A stretch of 64,000 nucleotides of DNA from a bacterium. GTDB lineage: Bacteria > UBA8248 > JACPRG01 > G963555815. The position numbers and the translations under genes were made by a program. This document shows, one piece after another, positions 60,054-64,000 of this stretch. The DNA lies in the NCBI GenBank assembly GCA_965218795.1, contig OZ244653.1, forward strand, positions 640,001 through 704,000, in the 5' to 3' direction. Numbering within the stretch: the first letter of the stretch is position 1; every line of letters begins with the position of its first letter. Under the pieces are notes generated by a model. The model made no database searches. It saw only the letters and a program-made list of their open reading frames with translations, and was not told the origin of the DNA.

Positions 60054-60911
60054 TCAATGAGACGATTGCCCGAATAATCCGGCGGGCCGGAAGAGCAGAA
60101 AGACGATGAGCAGGACAGAGACCGTGATGGGGGTATACGCCTGGCTGATATAGGTTCCGGTAAAGCTCTCCAGAATCCCAACGAGAAGTCCGCCCACCAA
60201 AGCCCCGACGGGGCGGCCTAATCCGCCCACGACTGTGATCACGAAGGAAACGATGGCGTACTGCAATGCGAAAGTCGGCTGAAAGGGGAGGACGATACTC
60301 ACCAGCGTCCCCGCCACCATGGCCAGAACCGTGCCGATAATGAACGCCAATAAGAGGATGGCGTGAGTGGGAACGCCCATCGCGGCCGCGGCCTCATTGT
60401 CCTGCATAATGGCCCGGATGGCCTTGCCCGGATACGTCCGGGCGAGGAAGTAAAACAGGAATCCGGTCATCAGAATCACCAGGCAGAACGCCACGAAGCG
60501 CCCCTGGGGGATGACGAGGTCCCCCACCACCCAAGAGAGCTTCAGCCACTGGATGCTGCGCGGCTCTCCGGTGAAGAGTTGCAGCATGATATTGTTCCCC
60601 AACACGGAGAGGCCGAAGGTCATCAGCAGGGTGGTAAGTCCGGATTTGCCGACCACGCGGCGGATGAGCAGCAGGTGGATAACGCCGCCCACGACGACGC
60701 CGGCAGGAATGGCCAGCAGAAAACCGAAGAGCGGATTTACGCCCTGGAGGGTGAACAGGAAGAAGTTCAAAAAAGCGCCCAGGATGATGAACTCCCCGTG
60801 GGCCAGATTCACGATGTCCATGATTCCCCAGACGAGGGTGAGGCCCAGGGCGGACAGCGCGTAGATGCTGCCGATGAGCACGCCGTTGATGACCGCCTGG
60901 ATGAATAGCAT
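60054..60911 (-). CDS. Branched-chain amino acid ABC permease (LivH-like)
   Basis: Motifs GLTLVWGIMDIVNLAHGE, GKAIRA, VVGGLG and RPAGLFG. Confidence 0.9.
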   Translation of the reverse strand: MLFIQAVINGVLIGSIYALSALGLTLVWGIMDIVNLAHGEFIILGAFLNFFLFTLQGVNPLFGFLLAIPAGVVVGGVIHLLLIRRVVGKSGLTTLLMTFGLSVLGNNIMLQLFTGEPRSIQWLKLSWVVGDLVIPQGRFVAFCLVILMTGFLFYFLARTYPGKAIRAIMQDNEAAAAMGVPTHAILLLAFIIGTVLAMVAGTLVSIVLPFQPTFALQYAIVSFVITVVGGLGRPVGALVGGLLVGILESFTGTYISQAYTPITVSVLLIVFLLFRPAGLFGQSSH

Positions 60912-60962
60912 CACGGTTTCGACGCTCCACTTTGTGTCGCGGTTGTCACTCGATTCGGTCCG

Positions 60963-60993
60963 AAAAAAGGGCGCCCGAGAGACCCGGGCGCCC
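60963..60993 (-). terminator. Intrinsic terminator or attenuating hairpin after the binding-protein gene
   Basis: Minus strand GGGCGCCCGGG-TCT-CTCGGGCGCCC-TTTTTT. Confidence 0.75.
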
Positions 60994-61041
60994 ACATTCA
61001 AACATACCTCTGGAAACCCGTCTAGCAAAAACGGATTGGGT

Positions 61042-62292
61042 TTATGGGAACTTCGGTTTCGGGAATTCCAGCTTGTTGATATCCCCGAATTCCGGTGGCC
61101 AGACGGTGGCGGTGGAGGCGTCCTTCCGCCACTGCGTGACGATGGTCGGCTTCCCGCCGTTCTGGGGACGGTGCATCATTCCGTTTTCGCACTCCCACCG
61201 CTGAGGGCCGACGAGGGTGGTCATTTTGAGGGTGCAGAACACCTTGCGGAGTTTCTTGGAATCCAGGGTGCCCACCTCTTCGATGGCCCGTTGAAGCATG
61301 AGCCCCACGTTGAAGCCCAGCGGAGAGTGGTTGTCCATTTGCTGCTTCTTGTCGGGGAAGAGCTTGTTGTGCCACTTGGCGAACTCGTCGTTGTTGGGCC
61401 CGTAATCGATCTTGTAGCGCTGGCTCATATCCCATTCGACGGGCCCGATGATGCCGTTTAGGATATTCCCGCCCAGAGCGTTCTTGTAATAATACATCCC
61501 GTTGTCCAGGATGCCGATGGAGCGCGCGTTTATTTTGAGCTCGGCCATTTGACGAACGGCCAGGATACTGGCGCCCGGCAGCCCAACGATGTAGATGTGG
61601 TCGGGCTTGATCCGGCGCACCCGGCTGAGGACCGGTGTTACGTCCTGCGCGCCGCGCGGGGTCTTGTCATAGAAGACGATCTTGAAACCCAAGTCCTCCG
61701 CAATTTTCTTGACCGTGGTGGCTACGCTCTTGGGAAACAGGGAATCCTCATATACAATCGCCAAGCGCATGTGCTGGGGGTCCACCTTTTTGATCAGATC
61801 GACGTAGGGACGTCCGAACTGATCCGCCCGTTCGATCCCCTGGACGATGTATTCGTACCCCTGAGTGTAGATCTTCGCGGAGGAGGCAGATGTCGCGATC
61901 ATCAGCTTCTTGTATTTGTCGGCGATGGGGGCGACCACGAAGGTCTGTCCGCTGGAATACGGGGCGAAGAAGAAATCGACCTTATCCGACACGGCGAGCC
62001 GCTCGTAAAGCCTGGCGAGGGTTTCGCGGTTGGTTTCGTCGTCGTAGTCGATCAGCTTGACCTTGAACTTCTTGCCCTTGTCCTTGACGTGGATTCCGCC
62101 CTGGGCGTTGACCCAGGCTTCCCAGGCCTTGGCCCCCTGCCAGACCTTGGTCGCAGGCGTTTGAAACATCCCGCTGAAGGAATTGGTCATCCCGATCTTG
62201 ATGACATCCTCCGCGGAAGCCCCGGGAGCGCTAAGCCCCATGGCGAAGACGAATGCCAGGGTCAACGTTAGATAACCCATCCACCGTTTCAT
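61042..62292 (-). CDS. Liv-type amino acid ABC substrate-binding protein
   Basis: Sec signal ending ASA; IKIG; VNAQGGI; YDDET; APYSSG. Confidence 0.9.
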   Translation of the reverse strand: MKRWMGYLTLTLAFVFAMGLSAPGASAEDVIKIGMTNSFSGMFQTPATKVWQGAKAWEAWVNAQGGIHVKDKGKKFKVKLIDYDDETNRETLARLYERLAVSDKVDFFFAPYSSGQTFVVAPIADKYKKLMIATSASSAKIYTQGYEYIVQGIERADQFGRPYVDLIKKVDPQHMRLAIVYEDSLFPKSVATTVKKIAEDLGFKIVFYDKTPRGAQDVTPVLSRVRRIKPDHIYIVGLPGASILAVRQMAELKINARSIGILDNGMYYYKNALGGNILNGIIGPVEWDMSQRYKIDYGPNNDEFAKWHNKLFPDKKQQMDNHSPLGFNVGLMLQRAIEEVGTLDSKKLRKVFCTLKMTTLVGPQRWECENGMMHRPQNGGKPTIVTQWRKDASTATVWPPEFGDINKLEFPKPKFP

Positions 62293-62417
62293 GATCCACC
62301 CTCCATGCATTGTGAGCAGTTCTGAATCATAGACGGAGACGACCGCCTCCTTGAAGAGCGCAATTGATCCCCGCCTCTCAGAAACTGAGAAAAGAGCTAT
62401 TTGAAAAAAGAATTATC

Positions 62418-62447
62418 AGGATATGACGATTCGGGATTTCTTGTCAA
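62418..62447 (-). promoter_or_regulatory. Putative sigma70-type promoter of the second Liv operon
   Basis: TTGACA-N18-TATCCT on the minus strand. Confidence 0.45.
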
Positions 62448-62594
62448 TCCGTAATTCATCGCGCCGAGACTCCACCGCCGCGTCGATGGCAAGGGGATTC
62501 ACGGAACCTCAAGACGAAAGCATGACCCGTAAGCAGGAAGTCATCCGGAATTGCGGAGCTTGTCCGGGTTCACGAATGTATCGCCGCAGAACCA

Positions 62595-62633
62595 AGAACG
62601 GGCCTTCGGGCTCTCATCCCGAAGGCCCGTTCT
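62595..62633 (-). terminator. Hairpin terminator downstream of the oxidoreductase beta gene
   Basis: 16-bp stem AGAACGGGCCTTCGGG/CCCGAAGGCCCGTTCT, 30 nt after the stop. Confidence 0.7.
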
Positions 62634-62661
62634 CGCTGTTCAACCCGATCAACGGGCGGGG

Positions 62662-63663
62662 TCAGTCCTTGAGAATCGGGATGGCGCCGGGCACCATCCA
62701 ATGGTCCCACTGATCGTCGATCTTGTCCTGAAAGTACTTGTGATCCTCTTCGTTGAAGTGGGCGAAGCGGCCCTGGGTTTGCAGGTACTCACGGACGGGC
62801 TTGCGTTTTTTGTATCCGTTGACGAGGTCCCGCGTGGGCTGCTGGTATGTGATTTTCCCGTCTTCATAAGAGAAAAGCGGCCAGATGCCCGTCTCGCAGG
62901 CCAGCTCGCCGAGCTTGTGAGAGAAGTAGGGATCGTAGTCCCACCCTTTGGGGCAGGGGTCGAGGGTGTGGATGAACGTCGGTCCCGAAATGCTGAGACC
63001 CTTGCGGACCTTGTCGATCAGGTCCGTGGGATAGGAGGCGTCGGCCGTGGCCACAAACCGGCATTCCGGGTGTCCGACCGCCAACATCCCCGCCATATTC
63101 TTCTTCCAGCGCGTGTGGAGGATCCGGTGCTTCTTGCCGGGCGGGCTGAATGTCGTGTTCACCCCCCAGGGCGAGGCGCCGGATACCTGAATGTCCGTAT
63201 TCGCGTAGGATTCATTGTCGTACATGATGATGAGCAGGTTGTACTGGACGTGCTGGAGCGCCGCCGAGATGGCGGATAGGCCCATGTCCACCCCGCCCCC
63301 GTCGCCGCAGAACGCGATGACGTTGATGGGCTCTTCCGCGATCTTCCCTTTGCGCATCAGCGCGCGAAGGCCCGCCGCCGTCCCGGTTGCGGCCGACCCG
63401 GAGGAGCCGAGCTGGGTGTGCATCCACGGCACCACCCAGGGCGTGGAGTAGTACGTGGTGTTGGCCACGTACATGCATCCTGTGCTCCCGAGGATGACGG
63501 TCCGCGGGCCTGCGGCCTTGGCCATGAGCTTCATGACCAGCGCGGACTCGCAACCCTGACAGGTCCGGTGGCCGGAGGTGAAATACTCCTCCACCAGCTT
63601 CAGGGGGATGTTCTTCAGCTTCTTGATCGGCTCGAGGACTTGAGGTCCGACTGCATCCGCCAT
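62662..63663 (-). CDS. 2-oxoacid:ferredoxin oxidoreductase beta (TPP-binding) subunit, oxalate oxidoreductase-like
   Basis: Motifs GHRTCQGC, TGCMYVANT, GDGG, YDNESYANT and PCPKGW. Confidence 0.9.
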   Translation of the reverse strand: MADAVGPQVLEPIKKLKNIPLKLVEEYFTSGHRTCQGCESALVMKLMAKAAGPRTVILGSTGCMYVANTTYYSTPWVVPWMHTQLGSSGSAATGTAAGLRALMRKGKIAEEPINVIAFCGDGGGVDMGLSAISAALQHVQYNLLIIMYDNESYANTDIQVSGASPWGVNTTFSPPGKKHRILHTRWKKNMAGMLAVGHPECRFVATADASYPTDLIDKVRKGLSISGPTFIHTLDPCPKGWDYDPYFSHKLGELACETGIWPLFSYEDGKITYQQPTRDLVNGYKKRKPVREYLQTQGRFAHFNEEDHKYFQDKIDDQWDHWMVPGAIPILKD

Positions 63664-63668
63664 GGTTT

Positions 63669-64000
63669 TTACTCCCTCACATCGACCCAGCGTACGGGCT
63701 GGTCAACGGATCCGTTGGCCGCCGCAGCCAGGGTCTGGTCAATGATCTCATTGGTCGACTCCAGCGTCACCTCACGCCCGCCCAGCCCCGCGATGAAGCC
63801 CAGGACATTGGGACGGTTGTCGAGCTCGTAGAGAGCCGAACGGGTTTCAGTGTACAACACGCCGCCGCAGAAAGGCGAGCCGAAGGAATAATCCCGGTCG
63901 ACGACCCCCACCGCCTTGAATCGGCTCAGGCACTCACGGATCGGCTCAGTCCCGAAAGGCCGGAACCATTTGACGCGGACGAAGCCGATCTTTTTACCCG
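63669..64000 (-). CDS. 2-oxoacid:ferredoxin oxidoreductase alpha subunit, C-terminal part (truncated by the window edge)
   Basis: KIGFVRVKWFRPFG...FKAVGVVDRDYSFG...GFIAGLGGREVT. Confidence 0.88.
   Translation of the reverse strand, partial: GKKIGFVRVKWFRPFGTEPIRECLSRFKAVGVVDRDYSFGSPFCGGVLYTETRSALYELDNRPNVLGFIAGLGGREVTLESTNEIIDQTLAAAANGSVDQPVRWVDVRE

Overview
GC-rich bacterial chromosomal window with no rRNA, CRISPR array, integrase or transposase. It is dominated by catabolic and transport genes: amidohydrolases, an MBL hydrolase, an FMN hydroxy-acid oxidase, a thiolase/HBD/acyl-CoA dehydrogenase trio, a CoA-transferase with a split ADP-forming acyl-CoA ligase, two Liv-type and one sulfonate/nitrate-type ABC systems, an enoyl-CoA hydratase, an acyl-CoA ligase, a CoxMSL-like molybdenum hydroxylase and an oxalate-oxidoreductase-like 2-oxoacid:ferredoxin oxidoreductase. 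Housekeeping loci are surE-pcm-tRNA-Pro...nlpD-apt, tRNA-Val/tRNA-Asp and the oxidative pentose phosphate genes pgi, gnd, zwf and pgl. The most notable observations are: (i) a three-gene cassette (Gfo/Idh/MocA oxidoreductase, DAHP-synthase-like aldolase with KPRT changed to KPMT, atypical shikimate dehydrogenase) that may be a paralogous pathway acting on a non-canonical substrate; (ii) an autotransporter with a 10-copy heptamer repeat in its N-terminal coding region, sitting between zwf and pgl and flanked by REP/REPIN-like direct repeats; (iii) many decayed gene remnants; (iv) a G/T-skewed coxM-coxS segment followed by a truncated coxL and then an intact paralog. All product calls come from motif recognition by eye, and no database search was run.
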